Made by a program: the position numbers and the translations under genes | In this document: in pieces, positions 39,316-49,814 of the stretch | Numbering within the stretch: the first letter of the stretch is position 1 | Layout: each line of letters opens with the position of its first letter | Notes under the pieces: generated by a model | What the model was told of the DNA's origin: nothing | The model's input: only the letters and a program-made list of their open reading frames with translations | The model's database searches: none | Source: a virus | Strand: one strand, 5' to 3' | DNA length: 64,000 nt | IMG/VR virus record: IMGVR_UViG_3300027708_000021

Positions 39316-39704
39316 ACCCAACTCACGAAGAACTTATCAAACATCTTCGCGGTGTACAACGCATTGTAATCAATTCAACATACGGCGGATTTAGTCTTAG
39401 TCGAACGGGCGAATTGCTTTATTTAGAACTTGCCGGTATTGCTTATACATTGGAACCTCAAAAAGACCGAGATACCCAAATTCGGTTAGGTGATAAAATT
39501 ATAGCTAATGGTGTGGAATTTTCTAACCGCAGTATTGCTAGAAATGATCCAGCATTAGTCACTACAGTTTGCCGTTTAGGTAGCAAAGCCAACGGTGATT
39601 ATGCTAAACTTAAGGTTGTAGAAATCCCCGCAGATGTAGACTGGTATATTGAAGAATACGATGGTAAAGAATGGGTAGCAGAAAAACATAGAACTTGGCA
39701 CTAA
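39303..39704 (+). CDS. Phage hypothetical protein
   Basis: IVIN..YGGFSLS...RNDPAL...KVVEIP.DVDWYIEEYDG.EWVAEKHRTW. Confidence 0.75.
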   Translation: MAEVNPTHEELIKHLRGVQRIVINSTYGGFSLSRTGELLYLELAGIAYTLEPQKDRDTQIRLGDKIIANGVEFSNRSIARNDPALVTTVCRLGSKANGDYAKLKVVEIPADVDWYIEEYDGKEWVAEKHRTWH

Positions 39705-39711
39705 ATATTAT

Positions 39712-41391
39712 ATGATCTTTGGATACTTAACACTCATTACAGCCCTGATAATTTCATTATCATCAGCGGTTTACTCTATACTTGGCTTAACAGCTATTTT
39801 TGCCGCGGCTTTTTGGCCTATTGTAGTACTCGGCGGCAGTTTAGAAATCGGAAAAATTATTTCCACACTTTGGTTACACAAATATTGGGATAAAGCTGAA
39901 CTACAATATAAAGTTTATCTGTCCTTGGCTGTGGCTATCCTTATGGTATTAACCAGTATGGGTGTCTTTGGATTCTTATCTAAAGCCCACTTAGACCAAG
40001 CCGTTCCGAGTGGAGATATACAAGCCCAAGTTCAAATATTTGATGACAAGATTCAAACACAAAAAGACAATATTAAAACAGCTCGTGCGGCCCTAACACA
40101 GATGGATACGGCTGTGGACCAAACTATGGGCCGTAGTCAAGATGAAAAAGGCGCCGACAAGGCAGTGGCTATTCGTCGTAGCCAAGCTCGCGAACGCACA
40201 GCATTACAAAATGATATTACCAAAGCACAAACAGAGATTACAAAACTACAAGAGCAACGAGCTCCTATTGCTAGTCAAGCTCGACAAGTAGAAGCCGAAG
40301 TTGGTCCTATTAAATATATTGCCGCACTGATCTACGGTGACAACCCTGATGCTAATATTTTAGAAAAATCAGTGCGATGGGTTATTATTCTTATTGTTAT
40401 TGTGTTTGATCCATTAGCACTTACACTATTACTAGCCGCTACTAAAACTTTTGAATGGGAACGAGGCATTAATATTTTTGAACCTAAAACTAAAAAAGAA
40501 GATAACAAAGAATTGAAAGAAGAAGAATCTATAAAATCTTGGTTCGATCGTGCCAAAGATCGAGCCCGCTTTTGGGACAAACAAGAAAAATCTAAGCCTA
40601 CTGATGTCATAGATGAAAGTCAATTTTGGATAAGAGAGGTAGAAGATGTCGAGCCTGTAGTAGATCAGCATACAGATATATCTCCCGAAGAGTATCATCG
40701 TGCTATGGGATTATTTGATACTGGTCCGAGTGACACTAAAGACACTTACCTACCTATGGACCCTAGTGCTCCGGGTTGGATGTTTACTAAGCCTAGCCCA
40801 GTACCTCTTACAACCGAAAAACCGGTTGAGGAAGTAACACTTGTCGAAGAACCGGTTGAAGAAGAAATAATTGTTGAAGAACCAACAGACATTGAACCGT
40901 ATGGTAGCGATTTAGAAAAACATGCTATGCGAGTTTGGAAATCACAAAATCCAGATAGTACATATAAACAATATCTAGATGATTTAAGAAATAGCATGAT
41001 AACCGAATTACCTTGGAAACATTCCGACCACTTAGAAACACTTACTTTAAGTGACGGCGAAATAGCACATTTAAAAGCAATGAATTTACAAGCTGATAAC
41101 GAACCAAATACTGGCGAAGTTCAGGGGTTTGGTATAGAATTTCCTAAGTCAACTAAAAAAGGAGATATGTTTTTAAGAGTTGATAACTTACCAAGTCAGC
41201 TATACAAATACAATGGTGTACAGTGGATAAAAGTAAATAAAAATTTAAGTGATAGTTACATTTACGATGATGCTTATATCGACCATCTTATTGAAAAAAT
41301 TGGATCAGGTGAATATGATCCTGACTTATTAAGCGATATCGAGCGTGAACGTATTTCTGAGAAACTTAAAAATTCTATTGACTTAGGCTAA
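39712..41391 (+). CDS. Polytopic membrane protein with coiled coil and acidic cytoplasmic tail
   Basis: Three N-terminal TM helices, GFLSKAH, EAEVGPIKYIA, VFDPLA; late promoter. Confidence 0.75.
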   Translation: MIFGYLTLITALIISLSSAVYSILGLTAIFAAAFWPIVVLGGSLEIGKIISTLWLHKYWDKAELQYKVYLSLAVAILMVLTSMGVFGFLSKAHLDQAVPSGDIQAQVQIFDDKIQTQKDNIKTARAALTQMDTAVDQTMGRSQDEKGADKAVAIRRSQARERTALQNDITKAQTEITKLQEQRAPIASQARQVEAEVGPIKYIAALIYGDNPDANILEKSVRWVIILIVIVFDPLALTLLLAATKTFEWERGINIFEPKTKKEDNKELKEEESIKSWFDRAKDRARFWDKQEKSKPTDVIDESQFWIREVEDVEPVVDQHTDISPEEYHRAMGLFDTGPSDTKDTYLPMDPSAPGWMFTKPSPVPLTTEKPVEEVTLVEEPVEEEIIVEEPTDIEPYGSDLEKHAMRVWKSQNPDSTYKQYLDDLRNSMITELPWKHSDHLETLTLSDGEIAHLKAMNLQADNEPNTGEVQGFGIEFPKSTKKGDMFLRVDNLPSQLYKYNGVQWIKVNKNLSDSYIYDDAYIDHLIEKIGSGEYDPDLLSDIERERISEKLKNSIDLG

Positions 41392-41392
41392 C

Positions 41393-42583
41393 ATGGCAGA
41401 AAAAATTGAACATTGTTCTTTTTGTGCTAAACATAAAAGTTCTGTTAATAGATTAATAGTCGGGCACGAAGTCGCAATATGTAGCGAATGTGTAGAATTA
41501 TGCGATAAATTAATAAAAAATAAAAAAAATAACACTAAACAATCGCCCGCAGTAGATATTCCCGATCCTCGAGACATCAAAGAATATCTTGATGAATATG
41601 TAGTAGGGCAGGAAGAAGCCAAAATAGTTTTGGCTGTTGCTATTACGAATCATTATAAACGAATAAGCAGTCCTGAAAACGAAGTAGTCAAATCAAACAT
41701 ACTCATGATTGGGCCTACAGGTACTGGTAAAACATTATTAGCTAAAACCGTGGCAGAATATTTAAATGTTCCGTTTGCTGTGGCCGACGCTACTACATTA
41801 ACGGAAGCAGGGTATGTTGGCGACGACGTTGATTCTGTTATAACTCGATTATATCAAAATGCCGATAATGATGTAGAACGCACACAAAGAGGAATTATAT
41901 TTCTAGATGAAATTGATAAGATTGCTCGCAAAAGCGAAAGTGCTACAGTAAGCCGAGATGTTTCGGGTGAAGGTGTACAACAGGCTCTACTTAAATTAGT
42001 CGAAGGTACTAAAGTTAAAATAAATCCTATAGGTGGCAGAAAATCTGATGCTAGTATAGAAATCGACACTACAAATATATTATTCATAGCAGGCGGAGCA
42101 TTTGTCGGCCTTGAAAAGATTGTTAAAAATCGAATACAAGGAACAGCTATGGGGTTTGGTGCCCAACTTACTACAGAAGTAATAATAGATTATGAAATAG
42201 TATCACCCGATGATTTAGTCAAGTATGGTATGATTCCTGAATTTATAGGACGCTTTAGTTCATCAGTAAGTCTACATGGATTAACTAAAAAACAACTTAT
42301 TAGCATTTTAACCGAAGTTAAACATAACTTTGTAGAACAATATCAATGGTTGTTTAACCAAGATGGAGTAGAACTGTCATTCGAAGACGAATCGTTAAAT
42401 CTTATAGCCGAACGCACACTTAAAACTAAGACTGGGGCTCGTGGGCTACACTCTGAATTAGAACGTATATTATTACCCCATATGTACGATTTGCCACGCT
42501 ATCGCAAGCAAAGTATCTCAACAGTCGCAATCACTTCAAAACTAGTAAATACTCCTACAACACTCGCACAGGAGAATGAATGA
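41393..42583 (+). CDS. clpX: ATP-dependent Clp protease ATPase subunit ClpX
   Basis: [44 protein letters not shown] loop, TGARGL. Confidence 0.95.
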   Translation: MAEKIEHCSFCAKHKSSVNRLIVGHEVAICSECVELCDKLIKNKKNNTKQSPAVDIPDPRDIKEYLDEYVVGQEEAKIVLAVAITNHYKRISSPENEVVKSNILMIGPTGTGKTLLAKTVAEYLNVPFAVADATTLTEAGYVGDDVDSVITRLYQNADNDVERTQRGIIFLDEIDKIARKSESATVSRDVSGEGVQQALLKLVEGTKVKINPIGGRKSDASIEIDTTNILFIAGGAFVGLEKIVKNRIQGTAMGFGAQLTTEVIIDYEIVSPDDLVKYGMIPEFIGRFSSSVSLHGLTKKQLISILTEVKHNFVEQYQWLFNQDGVELSFEDESLNLIAERTLKTKTGARGLHSELERILLPHMYDLPRYRKQSISTVAITSKLVNTPTTLAQENE

Positions 42584-42801
42584 GTTTTTACGGCAATAGC
42601 GTACTAGTTAAAGATGGCAATGTAGAAAAGGCCCTCAGAAAGTTCAAGAAAAAAGTACAGGAATCTGGCTTGCTCGATGAACTTCGCGCCCGCGAAACTT
42701 ACGAAAAGCCTACTACCAAACGCAAGCGCATGAAGGGAGCAGCCAAAGCCCGTTGGCGTAAAAAACTCCGCGACCAGAAACTTCCAAAAAAGATGTATTA
42801 A
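42580..42801 (+). CDS. rpsU: Ribosomal protein bS21
   Basis: [29 protein letters not shown]...AA..R. Confidence 0.9.
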   Translation: MSFYGNSVLVKDGNVEKALRKFKKKVQESGLLDELRARETYEKPTTKRKRMKGAAKARWRKKLRDQKLPKKMY

Positions 42802-42853
42802 TTTCTCCAAATTATATTTGTATATAATGATTTTGTAGTATAATAAATACTAG

Positions 42854-42903
42854 TACGAATGCCGCAGTTTGGGTTCGTATATGTCACTTGCTAAACAAAG
42901 GAG
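42854..42903 (+). promoter_or_regulatory. ROSE-like RNA thermometer leader of hsp20
   Basis: Upstream hairpin TACGAA/TTCGTA; CTTGCT (42887-92) opposite SD AAGGAG (42898-903). Confidence 0.6.
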
Positions 42904-42908
42904 AAAAA

Positions 42909-43355
42909 ATGACAAAAATCACAACCATGGATCTTAATCCATTCTATCGCAATGCTATCGGCATTGATAATCTGTTTAATCGCATTGTTAATCAAATCGA
43001 TCATCATGGCAACGACGCAACACATTACCCGCCCTATAACATCATTAAAACTGGTGAAGAAGCTTTTGAAGTACAGATAGCTATCGCAGGGTTTAATGAA
43101 GGGGAAGTTAATGTTGAAGTTCGCGATAATAATTTAATTGTATCGGGCGAAAAGTTAGACAAAGAATTACCAGACGGTCACGAATATACCCACAAAGGCA
43201 TTAGTGCCCGTAATTTTTTGCGTACTTTTAGTTTAGCCGATTATGTTGAAGTAATTAGTGCTATGTCTAAAAACGGTATTTTAAGTGTTCAACTAGAACG
43301 CAAAGTTCCGGAAACAATGAAGCCAAAGACTATTGCTATTACTTACGAATCGTAA
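42909..43355 (+). CDS. Small heat shock protein Hsp20 (IbpA-like)
   Basis: YPPYNI, AIAGF, HKGISARNF.RTF.LA, NGILSV. Confidence 0.93.
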   Translation: MTKITTMDLNPFYRNAIGIDNLFNRIVNQIDHHGNDATHYPPYNIIKTGEEAFEVQIAIAGFNEGEVNVEVRDNNLIVSGEKLDKELPDGHEYTHKGISARNFLRTFSLADYVEVISAMSKNGILSVQLERKVPETMKPKTIAITYES

Positions 43356-43412
43356 TACAATAGTAAATACAGTACGGGGGCATACTGCCCCCTGCTTACA
43401 AAAGGATCGAGA

Positions 43413-43721
43413 ATGTCACAAGCAGATGTAGTATCACAAATACACGTTAATAACGAACTCACAGAGCCACCGATGTTTAAAGTTATCTATCTAAACGATA
43501 ATGGAACTACTATGGAATTTGTTATTGAGACTCTAATGAATTTCTTTGATTACAATACCGATACTGCGGTAAAAATTACACAAGACATCCACGAAGCAGG
43601 ATCAGCAGTGGTAGCAGTATTGCCATATGAGATTGCTGAACAAAAAGGAATCGAAGTCACATTATGTGCCCGTTCAGTGAACATGCCTTTACAAGTTAAA
43701 CTAGAACCCGAGACAGTTTAA
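43413..43721 (+). CDS. clpS: N-degron adaptor ClpS
   Basis: PPMFKVIYLNDNGTTMEFVI...IHEAGSAVV...EIAEQK...PLQVKLE. Confidence 0.9.
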   Translation: MSQADVVSQIHVNNELTEPPMFKVIYLNDNGTTMEFVIETLMNFFDYNTDTAVKITQDIHEAGSAVVAVLPYEIAEQKGIEVTLCARSVNMPLQVKLEPETV

Positions 43722-44506
43722 ATAGTTATAGTAATTCTTTTTGGATAGTAAGCAGCTTGTGCGTAAGGAGTGTCTCCTCTACCGCGAGGATTGCTTACAT
43801 ATCTAACTCCATCAATCACTGTGTCAACAGGTCTGTGATAGTGACCAAAACACCAAGTATTGATTTTAGATTCTAAGTCTTCTCTTAACGCACTTCTCAT
43901 ATGGCTGTTGCCCATGGAGTTATAGCGCCATGTATGGATCAATTCTAGATCGTGTTGTATAATTTCTGGATGCGGTACAGTATGGGTAACCATAACAATA
44001 GCTTTGACATCATTGTGGGTTTGTAATTTTTGAACTCCATTGACCATATAACCAACGTCATTATATCCTACGCCGATTATATTTGTAGCCGCTGCTTCTG
44101 TTATCTTTTGTGCATCCATTACCCATTGAATCGACTGATCTAATTCCATATTAGGATCTAAATCATAACTCCACCAACCATTGGTTCCTAAAATAGCAAC
44201 GCCATTGATAATAACTACATTGTCCTGTAGATAAACAACGTTACTCATAGGTTTAATTAGTTCATGTAGTTCAACATAACTTTGTCCTAACTCCTCAGCA
44301 TAGTCCTTATGCTCATCATTGCCATCTATGTAAAAGACCCCTTGATAGACCTCACTCAGGCGCTCTAAAGTATCAATTACTAGTGCTCGGTCTCTAGCTA
44401 TATCACCAGCTACAATACAATAAGGTGCTGTTGGTTGACCCTCCCAATCAAACGAAGGCCAAGTTTCTCTATGGATGTCGGAAATTAAATCAAAGTTGAA
44501 TATCAT
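43718..44506 (-). CDS. Calcineurin-like metallophosphoesterase
   Basis: SDIH, AGD, DGNDEH, THTVP, FGHYH, SNPRG; - strand TAAATA 6 nt upstream. Confidence 0.85.
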   Translation of the reverse strand: MIFNFDLISDIHRETWPSFDWEGQPTAPYCIVAGDIARDRALVIDTLERLSEVYQGVFYIDGNDEHKDYAEELGQSYVELHELIKPMSNVVYLQDNVVIINGVAILGTNGWWSYDLDPNMELDQSIQWVMDAQKITEAAATNIIGVGYNDVGYMVNGVQKLQTHNDVKAIVMVTHTVPHPEIIQHDLELIHTWRYNSMGNSHMRSALREDLESKINTWCFGHYHRPVDTVIDGVRYVSNPRGRGDTPYAQAAYYPKRITITI

Positions 44507-44526
44507 GATAATTATTTAACAGGAGA

Positions 44527-44886
44527 TTGAAATTGAATATTATTTTTGGTACCAACGAAGCAAAACAGTTAAGCGACAAATACATAGTTCTTGAGCTAGA
44601 TACGGTAACGATTCGGGGTAGCACTCCTGTTCCGGTGTATTGTCTAGTAGAAAATATGCCATTAGATGAACTACCAAAAGCTGAAAAATTTAAAGAATTA
44701 CACGCAGATTTAATAGAGAACTATCGTGAGCGTAATTGGGATTTTTGCCTACAAGCTCTTGAACATCTAACAGGCTTCTGGGGTAAACAAGTTGATTCTT
44801 TCTATGAGATATTAAACGCTCGTATCAATGGGTATAAGGAAAATGAACCCGACGAATCTTGGACTCCGGTAGTACCAAAAAACTAG
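44527..44886 (+). CDS. Protein resembling only the C-terminal tail of class III adenylate/guanylate cyclases
   Basis: LELDTVTIRGSTPVPVY...YRERNWD...FYEIL..RI..Y....PDESW.PV. Confidence 0.5.
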   Translation: MKLNIIFGTNEAKQLSDKYIVLELDTVTIRGSTPVPVYCLVENMPLDELPKAEKFKELHADLIENYRERNWDFCLQALEHLTGFWGKQVDSFYEILNARINGYKENEPDESWTPVVPKN

Positions 44887-44947
44887 TACTTAACTACCAA
44901 TAACTTTTCATTAAATACTATTATAATAAAAATAATAGGGAAGAAGC

Positions 44948-45385
44948 ATGGATCCAGTAGCCGGAGCAAAGGCAGCGGCCAGCACACTAAAAGGAGCACA
45001 AACTGCAGGTAAAGAATTAGGATCTGTGGTGGCCTCACAACAGTCTGACATGGAAGCTTCTGTACAGCAACAACATAAGGCCCGTATTCAAACCAAACTA
45101 GCACAAGACCGTCGTGCTGCCATGTTGGAAGTTCGTGCTGTAGAAAAATATGAACAACAAAAGGCACACGATAGAGAGATAGAAAAACTCAAACAAGATA
45201 CCATACGCAAGTATGGAAAAGATGCCTGGGTAGAAGTAGAAGCCCTAAAAGCAAAACTACAAAAAGAAAAAGAAGCAGAAGACAAACTAATAGATAAAGA
45301 CCGAGATCGTCAAATTCAAGTTTTTTGGTGGTGTTGTACCGCGGCTGCTCTAGTTACATATTTTTTTAAATTGTACAAACTATGA
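44948..45385 (+). CDS. Coiled-coil protein with C-terminal TM helix
   Basis: 145 aa after a late promoter. Confidence 0.7.
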   Translation: MDPVAGAKAAASTLKGAQTAGKELGSVVASQQSDMEASVQQQHKARIQTKLAQDRRAAMLEVRAVEKYEQQKAHDREIEKLKQDTIRKYGKDAWVEVEALKAKLQKEKEAEDKLIDKDRDRQIQVFWWCCTAAALVTYFFKLYKL

Positions 45386-45608
45386 AAATACAACCTTTAG
45401 TTTTTATAGCCATATTAATTGCTCTATTAGCGATGATGGTACTAGAATCTGATACTATGCGATCACCTCATCGAGTTACTGCAGTACGATAACAATTTTT
45501 AGTAAAGGAATCATATATGAAATTAGCGCCGATAGTTTTTACCCTAGTTCTTGTAGGGTCTCTAGTTATTACAGCGTTAGAAACTCTAGCTAAAATATCG
45601 TAAACACA

Positions 45609-45791
45609 ATGGCCTCATCCAAAGACTCCGATCGTCCTGTACGCCCACTTTGTATAGTACCTAAATGTGGTCAAGTATGTCAAGAATATGCTAAACCTGG
45701 TATGTTTGGTGGAGATGCCATGTATTTAAAAACTTGTTCAAGACATAATATGGAAGATTTTGCAAGTGCTAATAATAAAATACCAAAATAA
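45609..45791 (+). CDS. Small Cys/His protein
   Basis: C..PKC...C...CSRH. Confidence 0.5.
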   Translation: MASSKDSDRPVRPLCIVPKCGQVCQEYAKPGMFGGDAMYLKTCSRHNMEDFASANNKIPK

Positions 45792-45825
45792 ACTATTGGT
45801 GTTCAATTATTAACTAAGTAACTAT

Positions 45826-46386
45826 ATGAATATTCAATGGGTTTTAGCTAATGATCTTGTGTTAGATCCTACGGCCGACATTATGCGTATGAAGCGCGGC
45901 GGAGCTTTTTGGGGCTCCTGGAAAACATGGCGAGCATACAATACTGATAATGTTATATGTCATGACATGACCAAAGCCCAAGAGTTAATCAAACGAGCCT
46001 TTCAAGCTACTTGTAACTTTTATATTCCAAATTCAGCATACACTGCATTAAATCGTCCCCAGGGTGTAAGATTATACGAAGGTGATTTTATGGGACACGA
46101 TGTTGATAATCAAGATGAATTAGTAGCAATGAATCTAGCGGCCAGCATTTGTGATGTGGTATTGTTGCTTGGGTTTGATTGGACTGAAAAAGAAAAGAAA
46201 GCGGACAAATTTGAAGAAGTTAAAGCAAGGAATTATCGCGGACTAGTTACTCAAGCAATCAAATCAACTCCCCATGTACAATGGATACTCGTTGATCATC
46301 CAGGCGCACTTCGTGAAGAATTAGCCGAATTATCAAATATCGGCAACGATACTTTTGATAATGTATTAAAAATCCTAAATGATTGA
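45826..46386 (+). CDS. Hypothetical protein (Maf/MptE-like LLGFD motif)
   Basis: AMNLAA...VVLLLGFD. Confidence 0.55.
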   Translation: MNIQWVLANDLVLDPTADIMRMKRGGAFWGSWKTWRAYNTDNVICHDMTKAQELIKRAFQATCNFYIPNSAYTALNRPQGVRLYEGDFMGHDVDNQDELVAMNLAASICDVVLLLGFDWTEKEKKADKFEEVKARNYRGLVTQAIKSTPHVQWILVDHPGALREELAELSNIGNDTFDNVLKILND

Positions 46387-46417
46387 CAATTAATTCATGT
46401 TATAGTATTATAGTAAC

Positions 46418-47446
46418 ATGACGACTAAGACTATTCCCCGAATTGGCTTTGCTTGTAAATGGATTGATACTCCTGAGCAAGTAAATGGCATTAAACCTAA
46501 AGACGATGCCAAAAAATATAATACAGGTACTACCACCATAACTTGGTTAAATAGACAGTCGAGGGAAGTGGCAGAACAAAAATTATGGGATTTAATGGTA
46601 GGCAATATCGAGGCAACAAGATTATTGGTGGAGCGAGTCAGTGAGCTACCACCAAATCTTCGTATGGTTCGTCTTAGTAGTGACATCCTGCCTGGCTATA
46701 CTCACGACGATTATTCTGCCTATTGGATGGACCTTAGTGTTGTTTCATACGCAGAAAAAGAATTTGCAAGAATTGGTGCTCTTGCTCGTTTACACGATGT
46801 TAGACTTAGTTTTCATCCTGGTCAGTTTACTGTGCTGGCAAGCAGTAATCCAGGAATAGTAGAAAGATCAATCGAGGAGTTTGAATATCATGCTGATATG
46901 GCAAAATGGATGGGTTATGGCGTTACCTTCCAAGATTTTAAAATCAATGTCCACATATCAGGTAGAGCCGGTCCCGAAGGTATTCGCTCTGCCTACAAAA
47001 GACTTACCCCCGAAGCAAGAAACTGTATTACAATCGAAAACGAGGAAATAACACATGGGCTCGAACATACTCTTATGCTTTCTGATATTATTCCTACTGT
47101 CTTGGACATTCATCATCACTGGGTCCGCGAGGGCGAGTACATACACCCCCGAAGCGATGATTGTAAAAGAGTTGTTGACAGTTGGCGCGGCATTAGGCCT
47201 ACTCTTCATTATGCTCTTAGTCGCGAAGATTACCTTGTCGGACATGATGCGGCCTGTCCCCCCGACCATAAAACACTTCTCGAATCCGGGCATAGTAAAC
47301 AAAAACTAAGAGCGCACTCTGACTTCTATTGGAATAATGCTGCTAACGAGTGGGCATTAAGTTTTTTAGACGACTTTGATATCATGTGTGAAAGCAAAGG
47401 TAAGAACTTAGCCAGTCGAGCATTGTATGAACAATGGAAAAAGTAG
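46418..47446 (+). CDS. uvsE: UV DNA damage endonuclease UvsE
   Basis: RIGFAC, RLSSD, SFHPGQF, INVH, TIENEE, LDIHHH, HSD, MCESKGK; promoter 46383-46411. Confidence 0.93.
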   Translation: MTTKTIPRIGFACKWIDTPEQVNGIKPKDDAKKYNTGTTTITWLNRQSREVAEQKLWDLMVGNIEATRLLVERVSELPPNLRMVRLSSDILPGYTHDDYSAYWMDLSVVSYAEKEFARIGALARLHDVRLSFHPGQFTVLASSNPGIVERSIEEFEYHADMAKWMGYGVTFQDFKINVHISGRAGPEGIRSAYKRLTPEARNCITIENEEITHGLEHTLMLSDIIPTVLDIHHHWVREGEYIHPRSDDCKRVVDSWRGIRPTLHYALSREDYLVGHDAACPPDHKTLLESGHSKQKLRAHSDFYWNNAANEWALSFLDDFDIMCESKGKNLASRALYEQWKK

Positions 47447-47652
47447 ATACTTGGCCTCCCCCTAATTGGACTGAGGTTGTAGTAACCTGGGACGAGATAT
47501 TACAGGGTGGATATTACCATCCAATGATCAATTGGGTAAATGAACAACCAGGCGGTAGATATCATCTACATGGATATAAGAGTACAGAAGGATTTGCTTT
47601 TAGATTTGAAAATCCACGAGATGCAACATATTTTAAATTGAAATGGAAATAG
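47434..47652 (+). CDS. Small protein, FxF...DA..F.LKW family
   Basis: GFAFRFENPRDATYFKLKW. Confidence 0.7.
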   Translation: MEKVDTWPPPNWTEVVVTWDEILQGGYYHPMINWVNEQPGGRYHLHGYKSTEGFAFRFENPRDATYFKLKWK

Positions 47653-47653
47653 T

Positions 47654-47944
47654 ATGGAATGGATTACAGTAAGTTGGCAATATATTAAATCGGACTGGAA
47701 AAGTAATAAGGTAAGATTTTGTGCCGAAGTATTTGCGTGGGCTTGCTCTGTGATAAGCGCCATTATATTTGCGGCCACGGTACCTGACATTCCAGTAGTG
47801 CCACTCTATAGTATTTTTATTGCCGGGTGTTGTGCCAGTGGGTGGGCTTGTTGGACAAGGCGGAGTTTTGGCCTGATGGCTAACTCCGTGTTCCTAGTCA
47901 CAATTGATAGCATCGGATTAATCCGATACTTTTTACAGCATTAA
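47654..47944 (+). CDS. Small three-TM membrane protein
   Basis: Hydrophobic helices; DSIGLIR C-terminal motif. Confidence 0.7.
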   Translation: MEWITVSWQYIKSDWKSNKVRFCAEVFAWACSVISAIIFAATVPDIPVVPLYSIFIAGCCASGWACWTRRSFGLMANSVFLVTIDSIGLIRYFLQH

Positions 47945-48135
47945 GCCTTAGTAGCTCGTGGTTTACGAGGCGCTTTTGATTTTGCCGTGGTAGTTTTTTT
48001 TGCAGTTGGCTTCCTAGTAGGTTTTGCCGCTGGGAATGGTAAAGCTGGTTCGCCAACTGGAGCTTCTACTTTATAAGGCACTTCCGTTGTTTCTGCTGAC
48101 TTAGAGCCAAGTAATTTTCTGAGTAATGATAACAT
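47941..48135 (-). CDS. Small basic protein with Lys/Ala/Pro-rich tail
   Basis: RBS AAGGAG and TAAATA on the - strand; VPYKVE...AKPTRKPTAKKTTTAKSKAPRK. Confidence 0.65.
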   Translation of the reverse strand: MLSLLRKLLGSKSAETTEVPYKVEAPVGEPALPFPAAKPTRKPTAKKTTTAKSKAPRKPRATKA

Positions 48136-48196
48136 AATAAATCTCCTTGTAAACTATTTAGTTCTGTAACCTATGTAATAAAACTTTAATTTTATA

Positions 48197-48217
48197 TTGT
48201 GCGCCACAACATAAATA
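48197..48217 (+). promoter_or_regulatory. PhaR-like palindromic operator abutting a late promoter
   Basis: TTGTGCGCCACAACA immediately followed by TAAATA. Confidence 0.45.
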
Positions 48218-48264
48218 CTCAGTAGAAACCATGATATGGTTCTATATCTAAAAGGAGTCACAAA

Positions 48265-48405
48265 ATGACAAAATTATTAAAGGAACTTACGCAGTTCTTT
48301 CTAACACAACCGAATGCTTTGGAACAGTTTATTAATTCTAAAGAACCAAAGTCCCACGCCGAAGTTGAGTATTGGACAAAGTATTTTGAATTAAGAGGAT
48401 TTTAA
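48265..48405 (+). CDS. Small protein (46 aa), DUF3563-like
   Basis: RBS AAGGAG; LEQFINSKEPKSHAEVEYWTKYFE. Confidence 0.55.
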   Translation: MTKLLKELTQFFLTQPNALEQFINSKEPKSHAEVEYWTKYFELRGF

Positions 48406-48406
48406 T

Positions 48407-48523
48407 ATGAAAAAGATTATTAACTCAATTTATGATTTTTTATGTGATTGCGGCAAAGCCAAGTATGCGGCTAATTTAGCCCGTAACGGCAAAATTAAAG
48501 AAGCACAGGCCTGCTACAAATAA
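48407..48523 (+). CDS. Small protein (38 aa)
   Basis: RBS GAGGA; MKKIINSIYDFLCDCGKAKYAANLARNG. Confidence 0.55.
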   Translation: MKKIINSIYDFLCDCGKAKYAANLARNGKIKEAQACYK

Positions 48524-48524
48524 G

Positions 48525-49079
48525 ATGTTAGCTACCCGTTTTCTCCCTATGCAGGATTTCCATTTATATGGAGACTGGCTACGGGAGAAATCTCCAGAAA
48601 CTTTAGCTACCTATTTTGGTATCGCTACAAGCTCTACATTTATTAATAGTTTAATAGATGGTATTTTAAGCAATCCAGAAGAACATTATTTTTTAATAGC
48701 TACCAAAGGCAACAAATGGGTAGGAGTTATCCATATGGCTCGTATATCCGAAAAGGATATGGAGTTTGGTATTATGGTAGCAGAAGACGAACGCAATCAA
48801 GGTATTGCCGACCAGCTTATAGAAGAAGCTATCACTTGGATTCGCAATCGCGGATTTAATACACTATATCTACATTGTTTGAACCGTAATGCGGTTATGA
48901 AACATTTAGCCAATAAGCATGGGTTAATAGTACACGAAGATCACGGCGATGCTGAAGTAGTAACTCATATACCGCCGCCAAGTATGCTTACATACGCCCA
49001 AGAAGCTGTCACAGCTAATAAGAACATATTCTTTTTAAATTTACAGAATCTTTGGGCACCTTATGCTGATTTGGGCTAA
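48525..49079 (+). CDS. GNAT acetyltransferase
   Basis: MEFGIMVAEDERNQGIADQL; N..MKHLA.KHG. Confidence 0.85.
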   Translation: MLATRFLPMQDFHLYGDWLREKSPETLATYFGIATSSTFINSLIDGILSNPEEHYFLIATKGNKWVGVIHMARISEKDMEFGIMVAEDERNQGIADQLIEEAITWIRNRGFNTLYLHCLNRNAVMKHLANKHGLIVHEDHGDAEVVTHIPPPSMLTYAQEAVTANKNIFFLNLQNLWAPYADLG

Positions 49080-49083
49080 GTAA

Positions 49084-49791
49084 ATGATGTATATTATCTT
49101 ATCAACCCTGGTGATGGTTCAACTCACTATAGCTTGTGTTACCCTTTATCTACATCGCAGTCAAGCCCACAGAGGAGTTACATTTCATCCTGTGTTAGCA
49201 CACTTTATGCGTTTTTGGCTTTGGCTAACAACTGGCATGATTACCGAAGAATGGGTAGCAGTCCATCGTAAGCATCATCAAAAGTCGGATCAACCTGGCG
49301 ACCCACATAGCCCCCAGATCTATGGTATATGGCGTGTGTTGTTTGGTGGTGCGTTACTTTATAAACAAGCCGCTAAGGATCGCATAATGATCGCACAGTT
49401 GAGCACTGGCACACCAGAAGATTGGATTGAACGCCACTTGTACAAAAAGTATAATACACTAGGTATCATGCTCATGCTGATCATTGATCTATGCCTATTT
49501 GGCCTATGGGGCTGGATAGTTTGGGGTGTACAGATGCTTTGGATACCATTTTGGGCGGCCGGAGTTATCAATGGGTTATCGCATTGGTGGGGTTATCGTA
49601 ATGTCGATACCAAGGACACCAGTCGCAACCTATGGCCCGTAGCCATATGGATCGGCGGCGAAGAGTTACACAACGGACATCATGCAGATGGTGCCAATCC
49701 TAAATTTAGCCAACGGTGGTGGGAATTTGATATTGGATGGTTCTATATAACTATTTTAAAATCTCTGGGTCTGGCAAAGTTGCGTCAATAA
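49084..49791 (+). CDS. Delta-9-type fatty acid desaturase (DesA-like)
   Basis: His boxes HRSQAH, HRKHH, HNGHH; DPHSP; EFDIGW. Confidence 0.93.
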   Translation: MMYIILSTLVMVQLTIACVTLYLHRSQAHRGVTFHPVLAHFMRFWLWLTTGMITEEWVAVHRKHHQKSDQPGDPHSPQIYGIWRVLFGGALLYKQAAKDRIMIAQLSTGTPEDWIERHLYKKYNTLGIMLMLIIDLCLFGLWGWIVWGVQMLWIPFWAAGVINGLSHWWGYRNVDTKDTSRNLWPVAIWIGGEELHNGHHADGANPKFSQRWWEFDIGWFYITILKSLGLAKLRQ

Positions 49792-49814
49792 AATCTGCCA
49801 AAAAGGTTGTAAAA

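Noticed and set aside
43370-43393. GGGGGCA-TAC-TGCCCCC hairpin as a terminator or pseudoknot before clpS
   Set aside because: No U-tract, and the alternative pairing overlaps the stem; probably a simple 5' stabiliser
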